In this document: positions 8,421 to 19,500 of the stretch, piece after piece
How the letters are laid out: each line of letters starts with the position of its first letter
Numbering within the stretch: the stretch's first letter is position 1
Notes under the pieces: generated by a model
The model's database searches: none
What the model was told of the DNA's origin: nothing
Seen by the model: only the letters and a program-made list of their open reading frames with translations
DNA from: Candidatus Saccharibacteria bacterium UBA3749
Lineage (GTDB): Bacteria; Patescibacteriota; Saccharimonadia; Saccharimonadales; Saccharimonadaceae
Length of the DNA stretch: 64,000 nt
Assembly (NCBI GenBank): GCA_002371235.1
Contig: DFGN01000002.1
Location: 4,774 to 68,773 of the forward strand
Direction of reading: 5' to 3'
Program-made: the position numbers and the translations under genes

Positions 8421-9038
8421 TTAGCGTGAGTAATACTCAACAATTAATTGTTCGTTAATACCAGTTTCCGCCTCTTCGCGTTTCGGAAGTCCGGTTACTT
8501 CAATTTTCATATTTTTCGCATCGACCTTCATCCATGAGAGTGGCGTAACATTCGCCGCTCCGATAATATTCGCGAGATTCTTGAAGTATTCAGATTTACT
8601 AGATTTTGGACGAACCTCTAGAACATCACCCGGGTTCAGTCTGATTGATGGAATATCAATACGACGACCGTTCAATAGAAAATGTCCATGTGAAACCAGC
8701 TGCCTTGCCTGACGGCGAGTTAACGCAAAACCAGCACGGAAGATTACGTTATCAGCTCTTCTCTCTAGGAATTCAAGCAATTTCTCACCGGTCAATCCTT
8801 CAGACTTCTGAGCCTCTCGCATCACCTTAGCAAACTGTTTCTCAAGTAGGCCATACATACGGCGTACTTTCTGTTTTTCGCGAAGTTGAGTCAAATACAA
8901 ACTACCACCTCTGACACGCATGTCACCATGTTCGCCTGGAATTCCAGACTTTTTGGCCATGATTTTGTGTGCTTTCGGTGCCAAAGCAAAGCCTTCGCGA
9001 CGACTTTGTTTTACGATTGGAGCTTTATCTCTTGCCAT
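8421..9038 (-). CDS. rpsD: 30S ribosomal protein S4 (no Cys motif)
   Basis: QLREKQKVRRMYGL, LERRADN, ARQLVSHGH, EQLIVEYYSR. Confidence 0.98.
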   Translation of the reverse strand: MARDKAPIVKQSRREGFALAPKAHKIMAKKSGIPGEHGDMRVRGGSLYLTQLREKQKVRRMYGLLEKQFAKVMREAQKSEGLTGEKLLEFLERRADNVIFRAGFALTRRQARQLVSHGHFLLNGRRIDIPSIRLNPGDVLEVRPKSSKSEYFKNLANIIGAANVTPLSWMKVDAKNMKIEVTGLPKREEAETGINEQLIVEYYSR

Positions 9039-9469
9039 TATGGTTTCCTTTCTCCTTTAGGTCTCACACCACCATGAGCAATTGGAGTCACATCGGTAAT
9101 ACCGTCAATCTTAATTCCAACTGTTGAGATAGCACGAATTGCAGCATCGCGACCAAGCCCAATTCCAGAAACATAAACATCTACGGAATTAAGAGCATGA
9201 TTCTTCTTTGCTATTTCAAGAGCCTTCTCAGCTGCAACACCAGCTGCAAAAGCTGTCCCTTTCTTGGAACCGCGAAACCCATTTGCGCCAGCCGATGACG
9301 ATGTTAACACGCCACCATTCTTGTCAGTCACGGTCACAATCGTATTATTGAAAGTGGACTGAATGTGAACAGCACCAGCATTGACGATCCTCTTAAATTT
9401 CTTCTGTTTCGACTTAGAAGCCTTAGCTTCAGTAGTCTCGATATTAGCATTCTTAACTTCTTCTGCCAT
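9038..9469 (-). CDS. rpsK: 30S ribosomal protein S11
   Basis: HIQSTFNNTIVT, GFRGSKKGT, DVTPIAHGG. Confidence 0.97.
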   Translation of the reverse strand: MAEEVKNANIETTEAKASKSKQKKFKRIVNAGAVHIQSTFNNTIVTVTDKNGGVLTSSSAGANGFRGSKKGTAFAAGVAAEKALEIAKKNHALNSVDVYVSGIGLGRDAAIRAISTVGIKIDGITDVTPIAHGGVRPKGERKP

Positions 9470-9477
9470 ATTCCTCC

Positions 9478-9864
9478 TTAAGTCTTACTTGCTGCCTTAG
9501 GCTGTGTACCACCGACCGCGATCGCCTTACCCTTACGCGTACGTGCGTTCGTACGAGTACGTTGACCGTTAACTGGTAACTTCGCCTTATGACGGATACC
9601 TTTATATGAATTGATATCCTTCAAACGTTTGATATTGTTACTCACGAGACGTCTGAGATCGCCTTCAACATGATATTTTGTTGTAATAATATCGTTGAGT
9701 TTCTGTTCGTCAGCCTCGGTGAGATCTTTCACCCGAGTGGTAGGCTCGATTTTAGCCTCCGCAAGGATTTTCTTTGAAGTTGTACGACCAATTCCGTAAA
9801 CATAAGTGAGAGCAATCCACACTTGCTTTTCGGAAGGTATCACAACACTAGCTATTCTAGCCAT
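9478..9864 (-). CDS. rpsM: 30S ribosomal protein S13
   Basis: [33 protein letters not shown]. Confidence 0.98.
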   Translation of the reverse strand: MARIASVVIPSEKQVWIALTYVYGIGRTTSKKILAEAKIEPTTRVKDLTEADEQKLNDIITTKYHVEGDLRRLVSNNIKRLKDINSYKGIRHKAKLPVNGQRTRTNARTRKGKAIAVGGTQPKAASKT

Positions 9865-9868
9865 TTAT

Positions 9869-9985
9869 TTAACCCTGCCTTTGCTTATTCTTAGGTTTTT
9901 TCTTATTGATAACACGAAGCACACCCTTCCGGCGCACTATAATGTCATCAGGGGAGATTTTTTTAACACTTGCACGTACTTTCAT
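9869..9985 (-). CDS. rpmJ: 50S ribosomal protein L36, Zn-free form (absent from the ORF track)
   Basis: manual translation [38 protein letters not shown]; SD GAAAGGA. Confidence 0.95.
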   Translation of the reverse strand: MKVRASVKKISPDDIIVRRKGVLRVINKKKPKNKQRQG

Positions 9986-10113
9986 TGTGTTAAAATCCTT
10001 TCCTTTAGCGTCATATTTCTACGACATTTAATAAAGTATTATTGCTAAATACTTTTGCAAATAGTATCTAACAATAGACTAATTAAATGTTGTAAAAAAT
10101 ACAACAGTTAATA

Positions 10114-10338
10114 TTAATCCTTGAGTCGAAAGCTGATTCTACCCTTTGTAAGATCGTAAGGGGTTAACTCAACTTCAACCCTGTCACCCGCTACAAGACG
10201 AATATAATTCTTTCGCATTTTACCGCTCATATGGGCAACAATAATATGACCATTCTCGAGTTCAACCCGAAACTGGGTATTAGGTAGAGCTTCAACCACA
10301 CTACCAGTGAGTTTAATCACTTCCTTTTGACTAGCCAT
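10114..10338 (-). CDS. infA: translation initiation factor IF-1
   Basis: [34 protein letters not shown]. Confidence 0.98.
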   Translation of the reverse strand: MASQKEVIKLTGSVVEALPNTQFRVELENGHIIVAHMSGKMRKNYIRLVAGDRVEVELTPYDLTKGRISFRLKD

Positions 10339-10412
10339 AAATTACAATACTAGTTTACCACGAAAACGACAAAAAGTAAAGATTAACTTTGAGCAAAATT
10401 GTCTCATTAAAA

Positions 10413-11108
10413 CTATCTTATTACTGCGCGTACAAACTGACGCGACAAATAGGTACCACGCTGTTGTGACCACTCGCCAGAGCAGGTAATTAGAGTAATA
10501 GATTCTTTACCAGGCACAGGAGACTTAGCTGCAACCGACATATAACGGTCAGCATCGGACAACAGTATCTCGTTATTTTCATAGACATCGTAAGTATACT
10601 TTATTCCGTCACCACGCTCAACAATAATCACATCACCGACACCCAAATCTGGCAAATCCTTAAATACTCCATGCACATGCGGTCCGCCATTGTGTCCATC
10701 AATAATCATCGTACCACCTTGACCAGGTTTTCCAGAGTCTACATACCAGCCAACATCAAATATATTGCGCGGAGTATCGAGCGCTCGTTCTGCCGTCAAC
10801 CCCATCGGCAAAACTCGAGAATTGTAAATACCGAGACTCGCAATCGTTAAATATCTTGGCCTATCCGCAGCAACTGTATATTCATACACCTCTTCCTCAG
10901 TTGGTTCAATTTCAATCAATTCCTCTTCGGGCTGAATTGTGGTTATTTGTTCATCAAGAACCTCCCTCTCACTGCCTTCTTTTTCATTATAATAATAATT
11001 CTCAAAACTTATTACCCTTATCAGAAACACAGCCAGCAAAACTATAGCGATAGCTACTCCAATCCATTTTACAATTCTCTGCCAGCTCACACTAATCTTT
11101 AAGCTCAT
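10413..11108 (-). CDS. class F sortase, N-terminally membrane anchored
   Basis: catalytic His-Cys-Arg pattern GHNG...LITC...RQFV, VGWY motif; start uncertain (11108 or 11120), overlaps the secY end. Confidence 0.85.
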   Translation of the reverse strand: MSLKISVSWQRIVKWIGVAIAIVLLAVFLIRVISFENYYYNEKEGSEREVLDEQITTIQPEEELIEIEPTEEEVYEYTVAADRPRYLTIASLGIYNSRVLPMGLTAERALDTPRNIFDVGWYVDSGKPGQGGTMIIDGHNGGPHVHGVFKDLPDLGVGDVIIVERGDGIKYTYDVYENNEILLSDADRYMSVAAKSPVPGKESITLITCSGEWSQQRGTYLSRQFVRAVIR

Positions 11109-12525
11109 CACCAAAGTCATCGTAAGTTATCATTAGAGCTCTGGAATCCACCGACCTTAGATTCTCTAACGCCACCGTTACTACAATCAAAAGTCCCGTT
11201 CCAGAAATAGATAGACCAATAGGCGCACCTGTAATTACAATAAATATATAATCAGTGATAAATGGCAACATTGCAATAAGCCCTAGAGCTAAAGCACCAA
11301 ACAAATCAAGATGGTTAACAACCCTAGATAAATACTTGGAGGTAGCTAGACCTGGACGAACTCCTTCAATGAAGCCACCTTGTTTTTGTAAGTTATCAGC
11401 AATTTCTTTGGTATTGAAAATAATAGATGTATAAAAATACGTAAACATAAAAACCAATAAGAAGTAGATCGTTGGATAAATAAACCATTTACCAGTAATA
11501 CCATCGGGATACATGGTGGCAAAATTATTAGCAGAAGGCGCCGAAAAAATCGAAACCAATCCTGAGCCAAACTCATTTCCAGGATCAAAAGTCATAATCA
11601 CTTGACCAACTAAGGCCGGCAAAGACAGGAAAGCCGTCGCAAAAATCACAGGTATCACACCGGCAGCGATTAGTTTAATCGGCAATATAGATTTAATACC
11701 GCCATATGATGAATTACCATGTACGCGTTTGGCATAATTGACAGTGATAATTCTCTGAGCTTCATTTAGTTTAACCAAGAAATAAATTACAACTAACATT
11801 GCAATACCAAATCCAAGAATAATCCAAAATACTGTCGGATTGACCGGTAATTCAAGCCATCCAAACAAGCTCAAGCTACCCTGACTCGTATCGAAAAGCG
11901 CTGCTCCTAGTGAAGCCATCGTAGAAGGTAGTTGTGAAATAATCGAAGCAAAAATCAGAGTCGAAATACCATTGCCTACACCCTGCTCCGTAATTAGCTC
12001 ACCCATCCACATTAGAATAACAGAACCGGCCGTCATAGCGGTTACAGACAAAGCCCAATCACCTAAAGTTGGCGTGAAGTCATTAGCAATATTAGCTGAC
12101 AAAGTAGATTGATACAATATAAATATATATGCAATAGACTGTACAATAGCTAGTGGCACCGTTAGCATCCTAGTCCATTGATTAATCTTACGACGCCCAA
12201 CCTCGCCATCGTTCGACAATTCTTCAAGAGAAGGAATTGCCTTAGTTAAGAGCTGAATTACAATCGAACCAGTAATATACGGTGATAAACCGACTAATAT
12301 AATACTAAAAGACGCCAGGCCACCACCAGAAATAAGATTAAGAAAACTCGAAAAATCAGATTTTTCCATCAGATTAGATACTGCTTCTTTAAAAGTAGAA
12401 GCATCACCCATTGGTACTGGAATCTGAGCAAGCAAACGATAGGCAACAATAATTCCGAGTATAATCATTACTCGCTTCAGCATGTCTTTGTTTTTTAGGG
12501 ATTTAAAAATTGTCTTGAAATGCAT
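11092..12525 (-). CDS. secY: preprotein translocase subunit SecY
   Basis: GLSPYITGSIVIQLL, WMGELITEQGVGNGIS, GGFIEGVRPG, GTGLLIVV; start moved to 12525 (SD GAGG). Confidence 0.97.
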   Translation of the reverse strand: MHFKTIFKSLKNKDMLKRVMIILGIIVAYRLLAQIPVPMGDASTFKEAVSNLMEKSDFSSFLNLISGGGLASFSIILVGLSPYITGSIVIQLLTKAIPSLEELSNDGEVGRRKINQWTRMLTVPLAIVQSIAYIFILYQSTLSANIANDFTPTLGDWALSVTAMTAGSVILMWMGELITEQGVGNGISTLIFASIISQLPSTMASLGAALFDTSQGSLSLFGWLELPVNPTVFWIILGFGIAMLVVIYFLVKLNEAQRIITVNYAKRVHGNSSYGGIKSILPIKLIAAGVIPVIFATAFLSLPALVGQVIMTFDPGNEFGSGLVSIFSAPSANNFATMYPDGITGKWFIYPTIYFLLVFMFTYFYTSIIFNTKEIADNLQKQGGFIEGVRPGLATSKYLSRVVNHLDLFGALALGLIAMLPFITDYIFIVITGAPIGLSISGTGLLIVVTVALENLRSVDSRALMITYDDFGDELKD

Positions 12526-12597
12526 AATAACCTCTGATTTTCTACTATATATTATAATAGCATACTTTAAAGAAATTTGAAACACAAAAACACAAAA

Positions 12598-12717
12598 AAC
12601 AACTAGAATAATATCAAGTTGGGGTACCCCAGAGCGCGATAGCGCACGAAGCCTAGCGCCGGTCGCCCATAGCGATAGAACGACCAGCGACGGCTCGCAT
12701 GATATTATCTAGTTGTT
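12598..12717. repeat. ~120-bp palindromic element with ~18-bp terminal inverted repeats (MITE/REP-like)
   Basis: aacaactagaataatatca ... tgatattatctagttgtt; GC-rich core with tggggtacccca, gcgc-gata-gcgc and ggtcg...cgacc hairpins. Confidence 0.7.
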
Positions 12718-12723
12718 ATTGTC

Positions 12724-15700
12724 CTAAAGATTTTCCAAATCTTCTTCAGTTGGTATCTTTGAATCAGGTGTTTCAAAATCAGACAAAGGTGCTACACCAG
12801 TTCCTACCGGAATCTTACGACCGATAATCACATTTTCCTTAAGACCGCGTAGATGATCAACTCTACCATTGATAGCAGCGTTTATTAATACTCTAGTGGT
12901 ATCCTGGAATGATGCAGCCGACAAGAATGAATCTGAGAAAATTGAAACCTTAGTAATACCGAGTAGCAAATTAGTATAAGTTAGTGGTGCCTTACCGGCA
13001 GCCTCCAACTCTTTGTTGGCAATGCTTGCAGCAGTCTTTGAAATAATATCACCAGAGACAAACTCAGAGTCGCCTGGATCAATTACCTGCACTCTCGAGA
13101 ACATTTGACGAACCAATATCTCCAAATGTTTAGGCGAAATTTCATGGCCTTGCGCAGCATAGACATTTAGAACATCGTTCATAATGTAACGCTCAGTAGC
13201 TTCAATCCCCTTATATTTCAACAGATCTTGCAAGTTCAAAGAACCAGCAGTGAGCCTATCACCAGCCTTCACTAAATCGTTAGATTTAACAACCAGCTCA
13301 GCATCACCAGGTATTTCAATCTTAATTGGAGCACCGGCAGCCGACACAAGTATAATGGCATCTTTTACTAATTCTACTACGCCATCATTTGGAGCTTTAA
13401 TAGCAGCGAATGATCCGCTTTTCTTAGCAAGAATAGTACCAGACTTAACGCTCTCACCATCCTTTACGGCCGGCTTTCTGCCCTCGAGTTCCATGCGAGC
13501 GATAGAACCAGATTGAGGCGAAATCTGTACAACATAATGATTATTATCTTCATAAACCTCGATTACACCATCAATTGGAGAAACATAAGCTTGACCTTTA
13601 GGAGTACGAGCTTCAAGAAGCTCCTCTACGCGCGGAAGACCTCGTGCAATTGCACCAGAACCTGCCACACCAGAACCATGCTTAGTATCAAGCGTTAGCT
13701 GAGTACCTGGCTCACCAAGTGATTGAGCTGCGATTACACCGACTGGTTCATTGGCCGCAACTAATTCCCTTGTGGCCATGTCTACACCATAAGCCTTACG
13801 CGGAATACCATTCACGGCAGTGGTAGATAGTACAGATTGAATCTTCACTCCCTCAATTTTATCATCAGCTTCGATTTGCTCAGCCATCTCTTTCGTAATT
13901 AGTTCATCTGCTTCGAGATAACCAGGCACTGGTTCTGCTGTGTAGCGACCAGCGATTCTAGCATGGAATTCAATCCCAGATGATTCTGTCTCATTTCGAT
14001 ATACCATAAAGCCTGGATCCTCGGCCTCTTCATCTGTTGTGAAAACATCTTGCGAAACATCTACTAAACGACGTGTCAGATACCCAGAATCTGCGGTACG
14101 AAGAGCTGTAGACACCTGACCCTGACGTGCACCTCGAGTTGCAATAAAGGATTCAAGCGTATTCAAACCCTTCTTGTACGACGATTTTACTGGCAACTCA
14201 ATTTCATTGTTGTTAATATCCACCATAATACCAATCTCTGCCGAAGCAAGCTTGATGTTCGAGATATTACCACGAGCACCAGAGTTCACCATTACCGCAA
14301 TGTCGGTATCCATTTCATTTAACTTACTTGACAAGAAATCAGAAATTTTCTTATCAATATCTCGCCAGTTTGCAATTGTTAACTTATAGCGTTCCTCATC
14401 AGTAGTAAGGCCGTCATTATAGTCTTGCTGAATCAAAGCCGTCTTAGCATCACCCTCCGCGATAAAGTCATCAATCTCGCTATATGTAGGATAATCATCC
14501 TTAGCGGTCGAAATCGATGCAATTGTTTCATATTCAAACGCCAAGTCTTTCAAATCATCTGCTGTTTTTACCATCGTGTCAGCACCATACAGGTCGAAAA
14601 TGTCAGCCATCACTTTAGACAAATGCTTCTTGTTTTGTACTGAGTTATCATATGGATAATCAGCCGGCAAAATTTCGTTGAAAATTACTCTACCGAGGGT
14701 AGTATTTCGAATCTGTTTCTTTGCAAATACACGAATCGGAGTCTGTAGATTAATTACGCCCTGATCGTATGCCATCTCTGCTTCATAAACAGACGAGAAT
14801 GCCTTTGGTTTATCGGTATCAGTACCTGGTTTATCATAAGTAAGGTAATATGCACCAAGCACAACATCCTGATAAATAGCTAGCACTGGAGAACCGTCAG
14901 CGGGTTTCAATAAATTCTTTGAAGCCGACATTAATTCTCTAGCCTCATCCTGAGCGGCGTCAGAAAGTGGCAGATGAACGGCCATCTGATCACCATCATA
15001 ATCTGCGTTAAAGCCAGACGCTACTAGTGGATGCAATTTAATTGCTTTACCATCGATAAGCCTTGGCTGGAAAGCCTGTACAGATAAACGATGGAGCGAC
15101 GGAGCACGATTTAGAAGTACATATTTGCCCTTAATTACTTCATCAAGAGCATCCCAAACAATAGACTCCCTTGCCTCAAGCAATCTTGAAGCAGCACGAA
15201 TATTGTTAGCGTGCTCATTACTGATTAGCCAAGAGATCACAAATGGCTTAAACAGTTCAAGTGCCATCTGTTTCGGCAAACCGCATTCATTGAGTTTTAG
15301 TTCAGGACCCACCACAATCACAGAACGTCCAGAATAATCCACACGCTTACCAAGTAGATTCTGACGGAATCGTCCTTGCTTACCCTTAAGAAGATCAGAC
15401 AATGATTTCAGTTTACGACGACCATTTGTTGAATTAGCGCCTCTTGAACCATGTGACGCAGAGTTATCAATTAGAGAATCAACGGCTTCCTGAAGCATTC
15501 TCATCTCGTTACGACAAATTACTTCAGGTGCATGTAGATCAAGAAGCTTCTTTAAACGATTGTTACGATTTATTACTCTACGGTATAAATCATTCAAATC
15601 TGAAGTAGCAAATCTACCACCAGGCAGTGCAATCATTGGACGAAGATCAGGAGGAATTACTGGAATCACGGTCAAAATTAAGTCTTCCGGTTTGATACCA

Positions 15701-16557
15701 GCAGATTGCATCCCTTCTAGCGTCTTTAGACGCTTTTGGATTTTCTTTTCCTTCTGACCACGCGCTTCTTCCTCTTCCTTATGCAAATCTTCAATTAGTT
15801 TATCAAGATCAATTTCATCCAACAACCGCTTAATTGCCGTAGCGCCCATTTCCACAGTAATCAAGTCCTCATACTCTTCTGGCAAATTACGGTATTGCAC
15901 TTCCGTAATTACTCCACCCTTCTTAAATGACTCTAATGTAGACTTGCGATAAACGTAATCAGCCTGCAATTCTTCAAGCTCTTTTGTCTGCTCTTCTGCT
16001 AATGCTTTCACGTCTGCACCATTCTCTTTGGCAGCTTTTTCGTAACGAATCTTGATTGCATCCCTTGCTGTATTCGTTTGTTCGTCAAGTTTTTCTAGCA
16101 TCTTTTCAACTTTCTCGGTGTCTGCATCAACAATGAGATAAGTAGCAAAGTAAACAACTTTTTCAATATTCTTTACCGTAATATCAAGTAAAAGTGACAA
16201 CGCAGAAGGGATACCTCGCATAAACCAAATATGCGCAACTGGAGCCGCAAGTGCAATATGCCCCATACGTTCACGCCTAGTAATTGACTTAGTGACTAAG
16301 TTACCCTCTTTGTCAACTGCCGCCTCACGCGATCTTACACCTTTTAGCTTTGCATCGTGTGGGTTGATGTCCTTAGTTGGACCGAAAATCCTTTCGCAGA
16401 ACAAACCATCCCTTTCAGGTTTCTGGGTCCTATAATTGATTGTTTCTGGCTTGGTTACTTCACCATAACTCCAATTCAGTATGTCATCGCGACTTGCTAC
16501 CGACAAACGAATCGAGTCAAAATCTGAAGCGCTGATAAAATTATCCATCCACGCCAT
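12724..16557 (-). CDS. rpoC: RNA polymerase beta' subunit
   Basis: KPETINYRT, RFRQNLLGKRVDYSGR, LNRAPSLH, NADYDGDQMAVH; start moved to 16557. Confidence 0.98.
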   Translation of the reverse strand: MAWMDNFISASDFDSIRLSVASRDDILNWSYGEVTKPETINYRTQKPERDGLFCERIFGPTKDINPHDAKLKGVRSREAAVDKEGNLVTKSITRRERMGHIALAAPVAHIWFMRGIPSALSLLLDITVKNIEKVVYFATYLIVDADTEKVEKMLEKLDEQTNTARDAIKIRYEKAAKENGADVKALAEEQTKELEELQADYVYRKSTLESFKKGGVITEVQYRNLPEEYEDLITVEMGATAIKRLLDEIDLDKLIEDLHKEEEEARGQKEKKIQKRLKTLEGMQSAGIKPEDLILTVIPVIPPDLRPMIALPGGRFATSDLNDLYRRVINRNNRLKKLLDLHAPEVICRNEMRMLQEAVDSLIDNSASHGSRGANSTNGRRKLKSLSDLLKGKQGRFRQNLLGKRVDYSGRSVIVVGPELKLNECGLPKQMALELFKPFVISWLISNEHANNIRAASRLLEARESIVWDALDEVIKGKYVLLNRAPSLHRLSVQAFQPRLIDGKAIKLHPLVASGFNADYDGDQMAVHLPLSDAAQDEARELMSASKNLLKPADGSPVLAIYQDVVLGAYYLTYDKPGTDTDKPKAFSSVYEAEMAYDQGVINLQTPIRVFAKKQIRNTTLGRVIFNEILPADYPYDNSVQNKKHLSKVMADIFDLYGADTMVKTADDLKDLAFEYETIASISTAKDDYPTYSEIDDFIAEGDAKTALIQQDYNDGLTTDEERYKLTIANWRDIDKKISDFLSSKLNEMDTDIAVMVNSGARGNISNIKLASAEIGIMVDINNNEIELPVKSSYKKGLNTLESFIATRGARQGQVSTALRTADSGYLTRRLVDVSQDVFTTDEEAEDPGFMVYRNETESSGIEFHARIAGRYTAEPVPGYLEADELITKEMAEQIEADDKIEGVKIQSVLSTTAVNGIPRKAYGVDMATRELVAANEPVGVIAAQSLGEPGTQLTLDTKHGSGVAGSGAIARGLPRVEELLEARTPKGQAYVSPIDGVIEVYEDNNHYVVQISPQSGSIARMELEGRKPAVKDGESVKSGTILAKKSGSFAAIKAPNDGVVELVKDAIILVSAAGAPIKIEIPGDAELVVKSNDLVKAGDRLTAGSLNLQDLLKYKGIEATERYIMNDVLNVYAAQGHEISPKHLEILVRQMFSRVQVIDPGDSEFVSGDIISKTAASIANKELEAAGKAPLTYTNLLLGITKVSIFSDSFLSAASFQDTTRVLINAAINGRVDHLRGLKENVIIGRKIPVGTGVAPLSDFETPDSKIPTEEDLENL

Positions 16558-16558
16558 A

Positions 16559-19500
16559 TTAGAACTCCTCTCCGAGGTCAACTGTACCATCACTTTCATC
16601 GACCTCTTTTATTTCGATACCTTCATCTGCCATCATGGCTTCAGCTTCTGCATCATCAAGATCCAGAATCTGAGGTTCAGTATCTTTCTTATGTTGATCA
16701 TATATAGATTCATCATCTTTAGATTTTTCAATTTCTTTTGAAGTTTTCTCGATTACGTCACCAGCATCGGAAGCCTCACCATGGTCTAGTAGGTCAACCT
16801 TTAAGCCAAGACCTTGTAGCTCTTTTACAAGAACGTTAAAGCCTTCAGGTAACTTCGGTCCTTCGATTGGTTCATGTTTGATAATCGCTTCATAGGCCTT
16901 CGCGCGACCATAAACGTCATCAGACTTAATTGTTAGCATCTCCTGTAAAGTTGTAGCTGCGCCATAAGCCTCAAGCGCCCAAACCTCCATTTCCCCGAAG
17001 CGCTGACCACCATTTTGTGCCTTACCACCAAGTGGCTGTTGTGTCACCATTGTGTAAGGACCAGTCGAACGAGCATGGATTTTATCTTCTACCATGTGAT
17101 GAAGCTTCAACATATGCATCACGCCGACCGAAGTACGTTCATTAAATGGTTCACCAGTAAGACCATCATAAAGCTGCACTCTACCATCACGGGCAAAACC
17201 AGCCTTTTCAAGTTCATCCGATATTATTTCGTCTGGTACCCCATTAAAGGAAGGGGTAGCAACCTTATAGCCAAGCGCTCGCGCTGCCATACCCAGATGC
17301 GTTTCAAATAATTGTCCAAGGTTCATACGTGAAGGCACGCCCATTGGAGACAAAATGACATCAATCGGTGTGCCGTCAGCCATGAATGGCATGTCTTCAA
17401 CCGGAAGTACTCGCGACACCACACCTTTGTTGCCGTGACGTCCTGCAAGCTTATCACCTACACCAATTTTTCGCATTTCAGCTACGAAGATTTTAATCTG
17501 CATAATCACACCAGCTTTGAGATCGTGGCCTTGTTCCCTGGTATAAACACGGACATCGACTACTTTACCAGTAGATGAACCATTCATCCTGACTGATGTA
17601 TCGCGTACGTCTTTAGCCTTCTCACCGAAGATAGCACGGAGCAATCGTTCTTCTGAGCTAAGCTCTTGTTCGCCCTTCGGAGTAATCTTACCAACTAGGA
17701 TATCACCATTCTTTACCTCGGAACCAATCGTTACAATACCATCTTCACCTAAGTGTCTCAATGAGTGTTCAGAAACATTTGGAATATCACGCGTCACCTG
17801 CTCTGGACCAAGCTTGGTTTCACGCACCTCGACATCGAAATCCTTAATATTAATTGAAGTCAAAGTATCATCCTCTACTAGACGATTCGAGATTACAATC
17901 GCATCATCCATGTTATAACCACGCCATGGCATAAATGCTACTAATAAGTCTCGTCCTAGAGCTAGCTCACCATCATTAATAGAAGCACCCTCAATTAGAG
18001 AGTCATCTTTCTTTACTTTCTGTCCACGAGCCACTACGCAACGTTGATTGTAACAGCGGTCATCATTAGTTTTCTCAAAATGTTGTAACTTATATTCAAC
18101 ATCACCACCCTTGTCATAAGTCACAATCACGCTCTCACTGTCCGCTTTCTTTACTACACCATTACCGGTCGCCATGATTAGCTGTGAAGTATTTTTAGCG
18201 ACTTCACGTTCAATACCAGTACCCACAATTGGATTGTCTTGGCGAAGTAGAGGTACGGCCTGCTTCTGCATTGCGCATGCCATTAACGAGCGGTCAACAC
18301 GGTTCTTCTCAACAAATGGAATCAAACTTGCAGAAGTACCAAGAATCTCCTTGTGCGCTGCATCAATGTGAGTTACTCTCTTCGCCTCAACCTGGGCCGG
18401 AGTACCATGCACTCTCGCTGACACCCAATCCTCAACAAATCTTCCATCTTTGTCCAACTTAACCGAAGCATCCGCAATAATCTTATCATTCTCAGTATCA
18501 GCATCCATGTAAACAATTTCGTCAGTCGCTTTTCCATCTTTCACCACACGATACGGTGCCTCGATAAAACCGTATTTGTTTATTCTGGCATAAGTTGCAA
18601 AGTTAAGTACAAGACCCACGTTGCCACCTTCTGGGGTTTCTACCGTACAAATGCGTCCGTAATGAGTCGGATGCGCATCGCGCACGTCAAATCCGGCACG
18701 CTCCCTCGTAAGACCACCAGGACCCATCGAGCTTAAACGGCGCTTGTGTGCAAGCTCTGAAAATGGGTTTACTTCATCCATTAACTGTGACAACTGTGAA
18801 GTCGCAAAGAATTCCTTTACCGCCGCCACCACAGGTCTCGAATTGAGCAACTGTGACGGAGTTACATCATCAGGATTAGCCATGGACATGCGGTCAAAAA
18901 TATTACGCTGCAAACGAAGCATGCCTAACCTAAATTGCCTCTGCACCAGTTCTCCCACCAACTTAACGCGACGATTCGATAGCGAGTCGATATCATCAGG
19001 TGCTTCCTGGGTGTTATTCAGACGAATAATCTCGGCAATAATTGCCTTAACATCATTCATTTGTAGTGTCCTGAATTCTGGCTCGTCTGGTGTATCAAAA
19101 TGCAATCTTCGATTAATTTTAAATCTACCAACGCTCGAATAATCATAGCGTTTCCTATCAAAGAAAGTCCTCTCAATCATCGATCTTGCATTCTCTACCG
19201 TGGCGAGATCGCCAGGACGCAACTTACGATAGACCTCAAGCAAAGCCTCTCCTTGATTCGAAGTCGTATCCTTCTCAAATGTCGCTTCAATATACTTAAC
19301 TTCGCCATTATCGATATCCTTAAAAGTATCAATAATTTGCGACTTCGTCATACCAAGCGCTCTTAAGAAAGTTGTCACAGGAATTTTACGACGACGGTCG
19401 ATTTTAACAAAAATCGCACCATTTACCGCAGTCTCAAACTCCAGCCACGCACCACGACCAGGTATCACCTTAGCGCCATAATAACGCTTTAAACCAACAG

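Noticed and set aside
10045-10068. aaatactttt shared between the rpmJ upstream region and the 43-bp array
   Set aside because: A 10-bp AT-rich match is expected by chance in this DNA.
18700-18830. Natural rifampicin resistance in RpoB
   Set aside because: Residues equivalent to E. coli Q513, D516, H526, R529 and S531 are conserved.
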